NCBI GenBank assembly: GCA_040389905.1
Contig: JAZJZK010000007.1
Coordinates: 191,492 to 255,491, forward strand
Direction: 5' to 3'
From: Gemmatimonadota bacterium
GTDB lineage: Bacteria > Gemmatimonadota > Gemmatimonadetes > Gemmatimonadales > Gemmatimonadaceae
Length of the DNA: 64,000 nucleotides
Shown: in pieces, positions 28,956 to 38,588 of the stretch
Numbering within the stretch: position 1 is the first letter of the stretch
Layout: the number at the start of each line of letters is the position of its first letter
Notes under the pieces: model-generated
The model's database searches: none
What the model was told of the DNA's origin: nothing
What the model saw: only the letters and a program-made list of their open reading frames with translations
Position numbers and translations under genes: made by a program

Positions 28956-30649
28956 GCTCACCCTGGCTGTCGCACTATGACGCCGGCGTCCCGCACACGC
29001 TCTTTCCATACCCGGAAAAAACTCTGCTCGACGTCGTTCGCGAAACCGTTCGCGAGCGACCCGGCCATTCGGCGTTTCTCTTCAAGGGTGCCCGCCTTTC
29101 ATACGGCGAGTTCGATCGCCAGAGTGATGCATTTGCCGCCAGCCTCATTGCCAGCGGCGTGAAGAAGGGCGATCGCGTGGCGATCATGCTGCCGAATTGC
29201 CCGCAGGCGCTCATCGCGCAGTTTGGCGTGTGGAAGGCCGGCGGCATCGCGTCGCCGGTGAATCCGTTGTACACGGAACACGAGCTCGAACACGCACTCA
29301 AGGAGAATGGAGCGGAAGTCGCGGTCGTCCTGACGCCCTTCTACGGCAAGCTCAAGGCATTGCAGTCGCGTTCGAAGCTGCGTCACATCATTGCGACGAG
29401 CATCAAGGAATACCTTCCGCCACTCCTCCGCATTGCGTTCACGCTGCTCAAGGAGAAAAAGGAGGGACATCGCATCACGCTGCTCGAGCGCGACACCTGG
29501 TTTCAGGACGAGTTGTCGCGTCACGCCCGCACGCCAGTCACCGTCGACGTCAGTCCGAGCGATCACGCCCTACTGCTCTTCTCCGGGGGAACGACGGGGC
29601 TGCCGAAGGCCGTACTCATTCGTCACCACGCGCTGGTCATTGCCGCCACGCAGCTTCGCGCCTGGTTCTCGGGGGTACTGACCGATTGGGTCAACCCCAT
29701 CCTGGCGACCTTTCCGATGTTCCACGTCGCCGGCGACGTCGCGATTCTCTCCGTTGGCCTGTTGACGCGCAACCCGATTGCGCTCGTGCCCAATCCGCGC
29801 GATCTCGAAGATCTCATCAAGACGATCAAACGCGAGAAAATCGCGTTCCTGCCTGCCGTCCCAACGCTGCTCAACTCGATCATAGCGCGCGCGGCCGACG
29901 CGAAAGGTGGTGTCGACCTGCGCTCGATTCGCCTTACGCTCGCGGGCAGTGCGCCCCTCCTCGCCGAGACCAAGCGCCGCTTCGAGGCGCTCACCGGCGG
30001 ACGCGTCATCAACGTCTACAGCATGACGGAAGCCGTCATGGCGACGCTGAGCAGTCCCGCGCTCGGCACGTTCAAGGATGGGTCGATCGGACTTCCGCTT
30101 CCGGATGTCGAGTTGCGCATCGTGGATGCGGAAACGGGCCAGCATGAGGTTGCGCAGGGCGAGGTCGGTGAGCTCGCACTGCGTGCGCCGCAGTTGATGG
30201 AGGGCTACTACAACCGGCCCGAGGCGACTGCAGAGATGCTCCGCGACGGATGGCTGTACACCGGCGACCTGGGCTTCATGGACGCCGACGGGTACGTCAC
30301 GCTGGTCGATCGCAAGAAGGATGTGATCAAACCGAGTGGCTTTCAGGTGTGGCCAACGGAAGTCGAAGAGACGATCGCGACGCATCCGTCCGTGGCCGAA
30401 GTGTGCGTGGCGGGCGTGCCGGATCCGCATCAGAGTGAGGCCGTCAAGGCATGGGTGGTGCTACGACCCGGCACCACGCTCACGGCGGAAGAGTTGCGCA
30501 CCCACTGTCGCGCGACGCTTGCGGCGTACAAGATTCCTCGGCATGTCGAGTTCAGGACGTCGCTTCCGAAATCCGCCGTTGGAAAGATTCTGCGTCGGGA
30601 GTTGGTGAAGGAAGAAGCGGCAGCTACCGCCCCAAGGGAGGTCTCGTGA
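28952..30649 (+). CDS. Long-chain fatty-acid-CoA ligase family (AMP-binding)
   Basis: SGGTTGLPKA, YSMTE, GWLYTGD, DRKKD, LPKSAVGK; GTGA overlap. Confidence 0.9.
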   Translation: MSSPWLSHYDAGVPHTLFPYPEKTLLDVVRETVRERPGHSAFLFKGARLSYGEFDRQSDAFAASLIASGVKKGDRVAIMLPNCPQALIAQFGVWKAGGIASPVNPLYTEHELEHALKENGAEVAVVLTPFYGKLKALQSRSKLRHIIATSIKEYLPPLLRIAFTLLKEKKEGHRITLLERDTWFQDELSRHARTPVTVDVSPSDHALLLFSGGTTGLPKAVLIRHHALVIAATQLRAWFSGVLTDWVNPILATFPMFHVAGDVAILSVGLLTRNPIALVPNPRDLEDLIKTIKREKIAFLPAVPTLLNSIIARAADAKGGVDLRSIRLTLAGSAPLLAETKRRFEALTGGRVINVYSMTEAVMATLSSPALGTFKDGSIGLPLPDVELRIVDAETGQHEVAQGEVGELALRAPQLMEGYYNRPEATAEMLRDGWLYTGDLGFMDADGYVTLVDRKKDVIKPSGFQVWPTEVEETIATHPSVAEVCVAGVPDPHQSEAVKAWVVLRPGTTLTAEELRTHCRATLAAYKIPRHVEFRTSLPKSAVGKILRRELVKEEAAATAPREVS

Positions 30650-31200
30650 TATCGCGTCGTTCAATCATTCTCGCGTCGTTCGCCGGCGCCGCCCTGTGCG
30701 GATGTTCGCGACACGCGAGCGGCCAACCGCCAGTACGAAAGAGCCAACTCGGCAGCGTCATGCAACAGGTCGCAACGACGAAGATCGAGCTGACGTATCG
30801 TCGGCCAGTGGCGCGCGGACGTGCCCTGTTCGGCGAACTCGTGAAATGGGGAAAGATCTGGACGCCCAGTGCGGACAGCGCAGCGCGCATCAGCATCTCG
30901 ACGCCGATCACGATCAATGGTTCCATGTTGTCGGCCGGCACCTACAGCATGTGGGCGATCCCCGATTCGGCATCGTGGACCATCATCTTCAACAGGCAGG
31001 CGGTCGCATTCCACCTGTCGTATCCGCAGGGCATGGACATCCTGCGCATTCAAGCGACCCCACAGCCTGCGGGCGATCACGCCGAGTCGCTCATGTTTGC
31101 CTTTCCCATGGTGGATGCCGATTCGGCGACGCTGCAACTCCATTGGGGAAAGACGATCATCCCGATGTCGATCCGCTCCAAGCCCGATTCATCGCTCTGA
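30646..31200 (+). CDS. DUF2911 domain protein
   Basis: YRRP.ARGR.LFG.LV.WG.IW, AGTYS.W.IP....WTIIFN, L.WG; GTGA overlap. Confidence 0.82.
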   Translation: MISRRSIILASFAGAALCGCSRHASGQPPVRKSQLGSVMQQVATTKIELTYRRPVARGRALFGELVKWGKIWTPSADSAARISISTPITINGSMLSAGTYSMWAIPDSASWTIIFNRQAVAFHLSYPQGMDILRIQATPQPAGDHAESLMFAFPMVDADSATLQLHWGKTIIPMSIRSKPDSSL

Positions 31201-31266
31201 CGAACTCGCAAGTGTCGGTGCCGAAACTGATTGCTCGGGATGACATCCAAGGAAATGCGCTCCAAA

Positions 31267-31686
31267 ATGCCAAAGCCCGTCGCGACGTACGGATTGACAC
31301 ACCTCGCGCTCGGCGTTCCCGACGTGAGCCGGTCGTTCGCGTTTTACGAAGCGGTGTTCGGTATGGTCGCCGTGTACCGCGACGAGCGTTTTCTCCAGGC
31401 GCAGACACCCGGCGCGCGTGACGTGCTGGTGTTCGAGCGATCCGATCGCGCCGCGGTGAGCACCGGGAGTATCGCACACTTCGGCTTTCGTCTCGTGAAC
31501 CCAGATGACGTGCATGCCGCCGCTGAATCTGTAACGGCCGCAGGAGGGCGAATCGAAGAGCAGGGAGAGTTCGTGCCGGGCGAGCCGTACATCTTTGCGC
31601 GCGATCTCGATGGGTACCTCGTCGAGATCTGGTACGAAATTCCCACGTCGGTTGACCCACTGACACCGACGGAGATGCGCAAGTGA
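31267..31686 (+). CDS. VOC family protein
   Basis: GLTHLAL.V.DV.RS..FY, HFGF, DLDGY.VEI. Confidence 0.85.
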   Translation: MPKPVATYGLTHLALGVPDVSRSFAFYEAVFGMVAVYRDERFLQAQTPGARDVLVFERSDRAAVSTGSIAHFGFRLVNPDDVHAAAESVTAAGGRIEEQGEFVPGEPYIFARDLDGYLVEIWYEIPTSVDPLTPTEMRK

Positions 31687-32177
31687 ACCCCGTTTGGTTT
31701 GTACTTGCTGGCTTCGTGGCTGCGGTGCCGCATCATCGCCCCGCGCCGCTGTCACCGTCGCTCGTGGGCACATGGAGACTCGCCGCATTCGAAGTTCGTG
31801 ACTCTGCGGGTGTCGTGACGTATCCCATGGGGCGCCACACCGACGGGCAATTGATCCTCGACACGTCGGGGCACGCGTCGCTGCACATCATGAATCCAGA
31901 GCGCCCCCGTTTCGCAGTCGAGGACCGGGCGCGTGGAACGGACGCCGAGGTTCGCGCGGCGTTCGTGGGATATCTCGCGTATTATGGGCGATACACCGTT
32001 GACGAAGCGAAAACGACGCTGACCATTCGGGTCGAAGGGGCAAGCTTCCCGAACTGGATTGGCTCGGACCAGATTCGCCGCTATGCATTCGTCAGGGACT
32101 CGCTCATCATCACGACGCCACCCATGACCGCAAACGGTTCGCGCCTCACAACCCGGCTGGCGTGGGTGCGGTTGTGA
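31683..32177 (+). CDS. Lipocalin-like domain protein
   Basis: LVGTWRL, YLAYYGRY.VDE, FPNWIG.DQ.R. Confidence 0.8.
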   Translation: MNPVWFVLAGFVAAVPHHRPAPLSPSLVGTWRLAAFEVRDSAGVVTYPMGRHTDGQLILDTSGHASLHIMNPERPRFAVEDRARGTDAEVRAAFVGYLAYYGRYTVDEAKTTLTIRVEGASFPNWIGSDQIRRYAFVRDSLIITTPPMTANGSRLTTRLAWVRL

Positions 32178-32563
32178 CGCATCGCTCTCCGTGGTCGAAC
32201 TGGCGCATCACGGTGACGGTGCTCTTCCTTCTCGCCGTCGGCCTGACGGCGCTGAAAGACGTCGCAAACGAGATGCAGCACGACATGTCAGCAGGCCAGC
32301 GTGTCGCGGCGCTGACGGAACTCACGTATGCGATCGCCGGCCTACTCGCAGCTGTCGGCTACCTGCGACGCGCGCCCTGGGCCCGTCCAGCGCTTTACGT
32401 GTGGTGTGTCTTTTCGACGTTCACCGCGGGGCTTGCGACAATCGTTTGGGGCCACGCGGATATCAAGTCCGCCATCGGTGCTTCTGCCGGCGGTGTGATC
32501 ATCTCGCTCCTGATACTCTGGGTGACGAAGGGTCAACTGGAGAACCCCGAGATACCGGTCTGA
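32174..32563 (+). CDS. Hypothetical membrane protein (about 4 TM)
   Basis: Four hydrophobic segments; GTGA overlap. Confidence 0.65.
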   Translation: MTHRSPWSNWRITVTVLFLLAVGLTALKDVANEMQHDMSAGQRVAALTELTYAIAGLLAAVGYLRRAPWARPALYVWCVFSTFTAGLATIVWGHADIKSAIGASAGGVIISLLILWVTKGQLENPEIPV

Positions 32564-32564
32564 A

Positions 32565-33104
32565 ATGCCTCGCAATGTCGCTTTCCTCCGCGCCATCAAC
32601 GTGGGCGGACATACGGTGAAGATGGATCAACTCCGCGAACTCTTCGCGGAGCTGGGCTTCAAGAATGTCGAGACGTTCATCGCGAGCGGGAACGTGCTGT
32701 TCGATTCGCCTGGAAAGGCGACGCCGGCGATGGAAGCCAAGATCGAGAAGCATCTCCAGAAGGCACTCGGCTACAAGGTCGACACGTTCGTGCGGCCGCT
32801 CGCCGATCTCGCAGCCGTCCTGACGCATCACCCGTTTGCGGAACTCGAGGCCGACGCGCATGCGCTCCACGTCGGGTTCATGCGATCCCCTCCGGCGGCG
32901 GACACTGCGGCGAAGCTGTTCGCCCTCCAATCCGATTTCCACCGGTTTCACGTACATGACCGGGAGGTCTACTGGCTGACCTACCAGCCCACGGGGGAAT
33001 CGAAGATCGGGAACAACACGTTCGAGAAGACGCTTGGTTGTTCGGCGACGTTCCGGAATGCCAATACCGTCCGTCGGCTTGCCGCAAAGGTGAAGACGGC
33101 CTGA
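32565..33104 (+). CDS. DUF1697 domain protein
   Basis: AFLRAINVGG, V.TFIASGNV, T.RN.NTV..L. Confidence 0.9.
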   Translation: MPRNVAFLRAINVGGHTVKMDQLRELFAELGFKNVETFIASGNVLFDSPGKATPAMEAKIEKHLQKALGYKVDTFVRPLADLAAVLTHHPFAELEADAHALHVGFMRSPPAADTAAKLFALQSDFHRFHVHDREVYWLTYQPTGESKIGNNTFEKTLGCSATFRNANTVRRLAAKVKTA

Positions 33105-33196
33105 AATAGACGTACAGGGCTTCTCGCGGGCTCAGCCATGGCGCGACCAGCCGCCGAGCACGATACTATGCCCGTGCCCACCCGGAGATCGGCAGC

Positions 33197-34201
33197 GTGA
33201 TATCCAGCATGGAATCAACCACGCGAGTTGTCGTACGCGCCGCGCTCTACTACGCGGTGCTCATCGGCCTCGGTGTCGGGGTATGGCAACTGCTCCCGCA
33301 CGGCGGTGCGATGGCACCGGCGTCGCTCGACGCGCTGTTCGGCGTTGGGCCCGTGAACAGCACAAAGGAACTCCCCGGCGGATCGCTCGACGAAGTCACG
33401 TTGGCCATCTCTGTCGCCGTTGCAATGCTCGCGTCGGTATTGCTCGCGCTGCCGGTCGCGTGGGTCTATCTCCTGACGCGCTCGAAGCGCGGCTATCAAC
33501 AGTCCGTCGTCCAGCTGCTGATCATTCTCCCCCTCGTCGTTTCCGGAATCGTCCTGCTTGTCAAGTACAGCGTGGCACTCGCCTTCAGTCTCGCCGGTAT
33601 TGTCGCGGCGGTGCGATTTCGCAATACGCTCGATGACAGCAAGGACGCCGTGTACGTCTTTCTTGCGACCGCCGTCGGCCTCGCGTCGGCGGTGAATCTT
33701 CCAGTCGCTCTCGTCATTTCGATCGGCTTCAACGCGACCGTGCTCGTCCTCTGGTACACCGACTTCGGCAATGCCCCGGTCGAATTGGATGGCCGCATTG
33801 CGGAAAAGCGCCTCCGTCGAGCCAAGCAGCTGGCGCGCACCGGAACCTTCGTCGCTCGTATCGATGACGAAGTGTTCAAGAACATGACCCGCGACCAGCT
33901 CGAAGGCGTTGCGGAACGTGCGTGGAAACGCGCACACACCAACGATGATGACGCGCCGTCGTCGGAGAACGAGACACGCATTCGTCTGCGCACGGCGGAC
34001 GCGGAGGCGCTGCGCCGCATCATCGAACCCAAGCTGCAGGATTACACGAGACAGTGGCGCGCGGGGCCCACGACCACCGATGGCGGCGTGGAGACAATCG
34101 AGTACTACGTCCAACTGCGGAAGCGAACGCCCGCTGACGAACTGTTGTCGCTCGTTCGGGCCGCCGGCTCGTCGCAGATCATCGACTCGGAGGTGACCTG
34201 A
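33197..34201 (+). CDS. DUF4956 family membrane protein
   Basis: Multiple TMs; AFSLAGIVAAVRFRNTL.D.KDA.YVF...GLA signature. Confidence 0.8.
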   Translation: MISSMESTTRVVVRAALYYAVLIGLGVGVWQLLPHGGAMAPASLDALFGVGPVNSTKELPGGSLDEVTLAISVAVAMLASVLLALPVAWVYLLTRSKRGYQQSVVQLLIILPLVVSGIVLLVKYSVALAFSLAGIVAAVRFRNTLDDSKDAVYVFLATAVGLASAVNLPVALVISIGFNATVLVLWYTDFGNAPVELDGRIAEKRLRRAKQLARTGTFVARIDDEVFKNMTRDQLEGVAERAWKRAHTNDDDAPSSENETRIRLRTADAEALRRIIEPKLQDYTRQWRAGPTTTDGGVETIEYYVQLRKRTPADELLSLVRAAGSSQIIDSEVT

Positions 34202-35247
34202 TGAGGTACCACACCGCCGCACTGCTTCTGCTGTTGTTGTCGGCCCCAGGCGGCGCGCAAACAGCTCCGCCAATCGACACCACCGTGCCGCGGCTGTTCC
34301 GGAGCGAAGCGCCGCTCGCCATCACGCTCACCGCCAACATGAAGCAGTTGCGGGACGACCGCTCCGAGACCTCCCCATACCGGCCTGCGACAATCACGTA
34401 TATCGGCGCGGATGCGAAGCCCGTCACCGTGCCGCTCAAGGTGAAGACGCACGGCATCTGGCGGTTGAAGCACTGCGAGTTCCCGCCCCTCCGCTTCAAT
34501 TTTGCGAACAAGCAGGTGAAAGGCACGCTGTTCCACGACCTCGAGAAGCCAAAGGTCGTCAGCACCTGCAAGAACACCGATCAGCACGAGCAACTGGTGC
34601 TCAGAGAGATGCAGCTCTATCGCATCTACCGCACGCTGACGCCGGCGAGCCATCGCGTTCGCACGCTTCGGATTTCCTACGCCGACAGCGCGACCGGAAA
34701 AGTCGAAGCGACCCGCTACGGCTTCCTCTTCGAGGACCCCGACAAGGTCGCCGAGCGGTTGGGTGGCAAGATGAGCAAGGTGAAGGGCGCGAGCGCCTCG
34801 GACGTCGAGCCGGAACTGTATTCGCTCGTGTTCGCGTTCGAGTACTTCATCTCCAATCTGGATTTCTCGTTCAATGGGCTGCACAACGGGCAACTCGTCG
34901 TGAAACCCGACGCGTCGCCGCTGCTGCCGGTGCCGTACGACTTCGACTTCAGCGGTGCCGTCAACGCGCCATATGCCACGGTCGATGCCAGGCTCGGGAC
35001 CAAGAAGGTGCGAGAGCGATTGTTTCGGGGATACTGCGAACTCAAGGATGACTTTCCGGCGGCATTCCAGAAACTTCGCGACCGCAAGGATGCGATCTAC
35101 GCGCTCTATCGCGACGACGTCGGCAAATTGCTCGATCCGGGCACCGTGCGCGAGACACTCGAGTACTACGACGAGTTCTACGATCGCATCAAGACCGACA
35201 CGGATGCGGAGCGGAACGTGTGGTCTACCTGTGTGGGGCGGCGCTGA
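34201..35247 (+). CDS. Secreted CotH-like atypical kinase-fold protein
   Basis: Signal peptide; KTHG..R, CEFPPL, KVV, LRE..LYRIY, FLFED, ISNLDFS...HN, PVPYDFD; TGATG coupling. Confidence 0.6.
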   Translation: MRYHTAALLLLLLSAPGGAQTAPPIDTTVPRLFRSEAPLAITLTANMKQLRDDRSETSPYRPATITYIGADAKPVTVPLKVKTHGIWRLKHCEFPPLRFNFANKQVKGTLFHDLEKPKVVSTCKNTDQHEQLVLREMQLYRIYRTLTPASHRVRTLRISYADSATGKVEATRYGFLFEDPDKVAERLGGKMSKVKGASASDVEPELYSLVFAFEYFISNLDFSFNGLHNGQLVVKPDASPLLPVPYDFDFSGAVNAPYATVDARLGTKKVRERLFRGYCELKDDFPAAFQKLRDRKDAIYALYRDDVGKLLDPGTVRETLEYYDEFYDRIKTDTDAERNVWSTCVGRR

Positions 35248-37964
35248 CGAGCGCACCGAAGGACGCCGCGACTCCACGCATTGCCGTCCGGTACGAGCTC
35301 CGCTCGGCCGGCCAACTCGACGCCCTCGTGGCGGCGGAGTTGCCGGCCGGTGCGCGCGCCACGGCCGCGCGACGGACGATGCACCGAGACTTCTACATCG
35401 ACACGAAGGACGAAACGCTTCGGCGGCGCGGCGTCACCTGTCGCTTGCGGTTGGGGACGGACGATGCGCATCGCTTGTCACTCCGGATCGACGGCGCCGC
35501 CGGCGAGCGGCCGACGCGAGTGGACGACCGCGTGCGCTCCGCCACGCTCCGCGAGGCACTCGCTGAAAACACATCCGCGGGGCGACGGATCCGCGCGCTG
35601 ATCGATCCGGATGCTCTTATCGTCGTTCATGATCTCGAGGTCGAGCGATGGACGCGATTTGCATTTCCCGGCCTGCTGCGCGGTCCGCGGGTGGAATTGC
35701 ATTTCGATGCGATCACCATCCGGCAGCGAGACAGCGCGCGAACGTTCTACCAGTTGTGCGGACATCAGCGCCGTGGAGCCGGCACCGAGCTGGAGTCCAT
35801 TGCGTCGCTCTTCGAGCGACAATTCGCCGTGCGACCGGTGCCCGGAGACTTTCGCGAGCTCGTCGAGCTGTTGGCGCGATGGAAGCGCGACGGATCGGCG
35901 GCGGTGCAGCTGGAAGATACGGATGATCTCCGGTCGCACGATGGAGCACTCGGCGGATCGATTCTGCTGAACCCGGAACTCAGCCTCGTCGCCTTTCAGT
36001 GGCGCGTGCTGGCGATGGCGCAATATGACGTGACGCCGCTCCGTGAGCGCTTGAGATTCCTGGGCATCGTCACGAACAACATCGACGAACTCTACATGGT
36101 GCGCATGCCGGCACTCACCAGTGAATGGCGCGCGCGTGTTACCGAAGAGGTGGAGCGACTGTTGTCGGCCCAATCCGCGTGCGCTGCCGACTGCCTGCGT
36201 GAGGCAGAACGCCTGGGCGTGCACATCGTGAAGTGGGATGCGCTGACTGCTGCGGAGCGAGACGCGCTCAGCGACCTGTGTCGCGACGACATTCATCCGG
36301 GGCTCACGCCACTTGCCGTCACGCTGAGTCCCGGTCATCCGCTCCCACATCTCGCGCACCTCGGCCTCTCGCTTGCCGTTGTCTTTCGCCGCGACGAAGG
36401 CGGTCGGCCACACCTGGCCGAGTTCGAACTCCCATCGGATGTCGCACGACTCCTGCCGGTTCCCGGTCGCGCGTCCGACGTCATCGCCATTGAGGACGTG
36501 CTGCGCGCCAACGTGCACCTGCTGCACCCGAACGCGTACGTCGAAGGCGCATATCTCTTTCGTGTCACCCGCCGAGGCGACCTCGCGCTCGACGAGGAAG
36601 GGGCGGAGGATCTCCTCGTCGCGGTAGAGACGGCAACGGAGCGCCGTCCATACAATCCCGCCATTCGCGTGGAGGTCGAGCGGACGACGCCGTCTCTCGT
36701 GCGGGAGTTGATCCTCGAGAGTCTCCGGCGCGACGCGGTGTCGCAGGGGATGCTGCCCTGCGTCAACGATGTCCAGGTGGTCGACGGTCTTCTCGATCTC
36801 CGCTGCCTCGCCGAACTGCCGCTCCCCGCGCGCAGCGATCTGGAGTATCCACCGCTCGTGGGACGATCTCCGGTGGATGCACAGCGCTCGATGTTCGATG
36901 TTGTGCGCGGCGGTGACCTGCTCGTCCAACACCCATTCGACGCGTTCGATGCGACCGTTGTTCGTTTCGTTCGCGAGGCAGCCGACGATTCCGCGGTCAC
37001 GGCGATCAAGATCACACTGTATCGCGTCGGTGATCCCTCGCCGATCGTGGGTGCGTTGCTCGACGCGGCCAAGGCGGGGAAGCGCGTCGTTGCCTTTGTC
37101 GAGCTCAAGGCCCGTTTCGACGAAGAGCACAATGTCGCGTGGGCACGCGCCCTCGAACGCGCCGGCGGCAATGTTGTCTACGGCCTCGTTGGACTGAAGA
37201 CGCACGCGAAGGTCGCCCTGGTCGTCCGCAGGGAAGGGGAGAAGCTCCAGCGATACGTGCACGTCGGCACGGGGAACTACAACGCGCGCGCCGGCCGTCA
37301 GTACACCGACCTCAGTCTTTTCTCCGCACGCGATGACATCACGAGTGATATTGCGGACCTGTTCAACGAGTTGACCGGATCGTCTCGCGCGCCGAAAGGA
37401 CTCGCGCATGGCGCACTCGTGGCGCCGCATCAATTGCTGCCGGCGATGCTGGCGCTGATCGAACGGGAAACCGCGCACGCTCGGGCATCACGTTCCGCGT
37501 CGATTGCGATCAAGGTGAACGGCCTCACCGATCCCGAGATCATCGAGGCGCTCTATGAGGCGTCCGCCGCGGGCGTCCGCATCGACATGGTCGTGCGGGG
37601 CATCTGCACGCTGCGGCCGGGCCTCGAGCCGAGGTCCGCCAACATTCGCGTGGTGTCCGTGGTCGGACGCTTCCTCGAACATTCGCGCATCTACCGCTTC
37701 GCGAATGGTGGTGATCCGACGTACCTGATTGGCTCCGCGGATCTCCGTCCTCGGAACTTGCGCCGCCGCGTCGAGCTCCTCGTGCCGATCGCGAACGCGC
37801 GGCACCGGCAGCAATTGGACCGCATCCTGGATCTCTACCTCAACGACGCGACGGCATGGGAGATGGACGGGAACGGCAACTACCGGCAGCGAGTTGCCGG
37901 CGGCCCGGGGGCGCAGGAGATTCTGGCTCGGAGCGCTGACACCATTCTCGAGGGCGCGTCGTAA
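35220..37964 (+). CDS. ppk1: Polyphosphate kinase 1 with N-terminal CYTH-like domain (start uncertain)
   Basis: AIKITLYR, ELKARFDE, KTHAK (phospho-His), GTGNYN, YTD, GRFLEHSR, RNLRRRVE; N-terminal DFYIDT.D..LRRRG..CRLR. Confidence 0.88.
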   Translation: MVYLCGAALTSAPKDAATPRIAVRYELRSAGQLDALVAAELPAGARATAARRTMHRDFYIDTKDETLRRRGVTCRLRLGTDDAHRLSLRIDGAAGERPTRVDDRVRSATLREALAENTSAGRRIRALIDPDALIVVHDLEVERWTRFAFPGLLRGPRVELHFDAITIRQRDSARTFYQLCGHQRRGAGTELESIASLFERQFAVRPVPGDFRELVELLARWKRDGSAAVQLEDTDDLRSHDGALGGSILLNPELSLVAFQWRVLAMAQYDVTPLRERLRFLGIVTNNIDELYMVRMPALTSEWRARVTEEVERLLSAQSACAADCLREAERLGVHIVKWDALTAAERDALSDLCRDDIHPGLTPLAVTLSPGHPLPHLAHLGLSLAVVFRRDEGGRPHLAEFELPSDVARLLPVPGRASDVIAIEDVLRANVHLLHPNAYVEGAYLFRVTRRGDLALDEEGAEDLLVAVETATERRPYNPAIRVEVERTTPSLVRELILESLRRDAVSQGMLPCVNDVQVVDGLLDLRCLAELPLPARSDLEYPPLVGRSPVDAQRSMFDVVRGGDLLVQHPFDAFDATVVRFVREAADDSAVTAIKITLYRVGDPSPIVGALLDAAKAGKRVVAFVELKARFDEEHNVAWARALERAGGNVVYGLVGLKTHAKVALVVRREGEKLQRYVHVGTGNYNARAGRQYTDLSLFSARDDITSDIADLFNELTGSSRAPKGLAHGALVAPHQLLPAMLALIERETAHARASRSASIAIKVNGLTDPEIIEALYEASAAGVRIDMVVRGICTLRPGLEPRSANIRVVSVVGRFLEHSRIYRFANGGDPTYLIGSADLRPRNLRRRVELLVPIANARHRQQLDRILDLYLNDATAWEMDGNGNYRQRVAGGPGAQEILARSADTILEGAS

Positions 37965-37998
37965 GTTTCGACATCACCGCCTACCGAGGACAAGGACA

Positions 37999-38331
37999 AT
38001 GGCTCTTCCACATCTCTTTCTGGGCACGCTTCGCGAGCACTACCTCATGCTGTTCGGGGCTGCCGGTGTGATCGGAGTTGCGACGGGATTCGTCGGCTCG
38101 TGGATCGGTGCGTACTACGGTGCTCGCCGCGCCATTCGGGCGGCCCAACTCGAGCGCTCTCGCGAGACGGAAGTTGCGATGCAGCTGGCGCCCGTGATGC
38201 AGGCACTCGACGCGATTGCGCTCGAGGTCGAACGGGTGTCGGAGGGGCAACGCTTTGCGACGAAGATGCTCACTGAGCGGCAGCCGGTCATGCTGCCGCG
38301 GAGTGAACCGAGGAACATCACGCCGCACTGA
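37999..38331 (+). CDS. Hypothetical single-TM protein
   Basis: AAGGA RBS; TM, then LDAIALEVERVSEGQRFATK. Confidence 0.7.
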   Translation: MALPHLFLGTLREHYLMLFGAAGVIGVATGFVGSWIGAYYGARRAIRAAQLERSRETEVAMQLAPVMQALDAIALEVERVSEGQRFATKMLTERQPVMLPRSEPRNITPH

Positions 38332-38357
38332 GGCGGTCGGCACGTTCGTCCCTGAGG

Positions 38358-38537
38358 ACAGAGTCTTCTCGTTCTTACCGCAGAGCGCGCAGAGGAGCAA
38401 AGGGTCGCAGAGGAAACCAGAACGGGCAGGCCATTCGTTTCACTCAGGACCTGCACCTGTTGTCTCGCTTTTCCTCTGCGTGCCTCTGCTCCTCTGCGCC
38501 CTCTGCGGTAAAATGACAACGCCCGTAGAATCAACTC
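38358..38537. repeat. Second copy of the CAGAG palindromic element, without REP inserts
   Basis: ACAGAGTCTTCTCGTTCTTACCGCAGAG identical to 6782-6809; right flank GACAACGCC..ATCAACTC shared. Confidence 0.85.
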
Positions 38538-38552
38538 GTGTGCTCGGATTCG

Positions 38553-38582
38553 TTGACAGTACTGTGTGTTGTAACACATTAT
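38553..38582 (+). promoter_or_regulatory. Sigma70-type promoter (TTGACA-N18-CATTAT) with overlapping palindromic operator TGTGTT-GT-AACACA (38565-38578)
   Basis: Perfect -35; palindrome overlaps -10; marR ATG begins 7 nt after -10 with no RBS. Confidence 0.65.
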
Positions 38583-38588
38583 ACGCCG

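Noticed and set aside
35478..37478. Long antisense ORFs (also 5039-6298, 46819-48501, 48631-50013, 56091-57287, 56197-57534, 58664-59797)
   Set aside because: Shadows of well-supported genes on the opposite strand in high-GC DNA; no motifs
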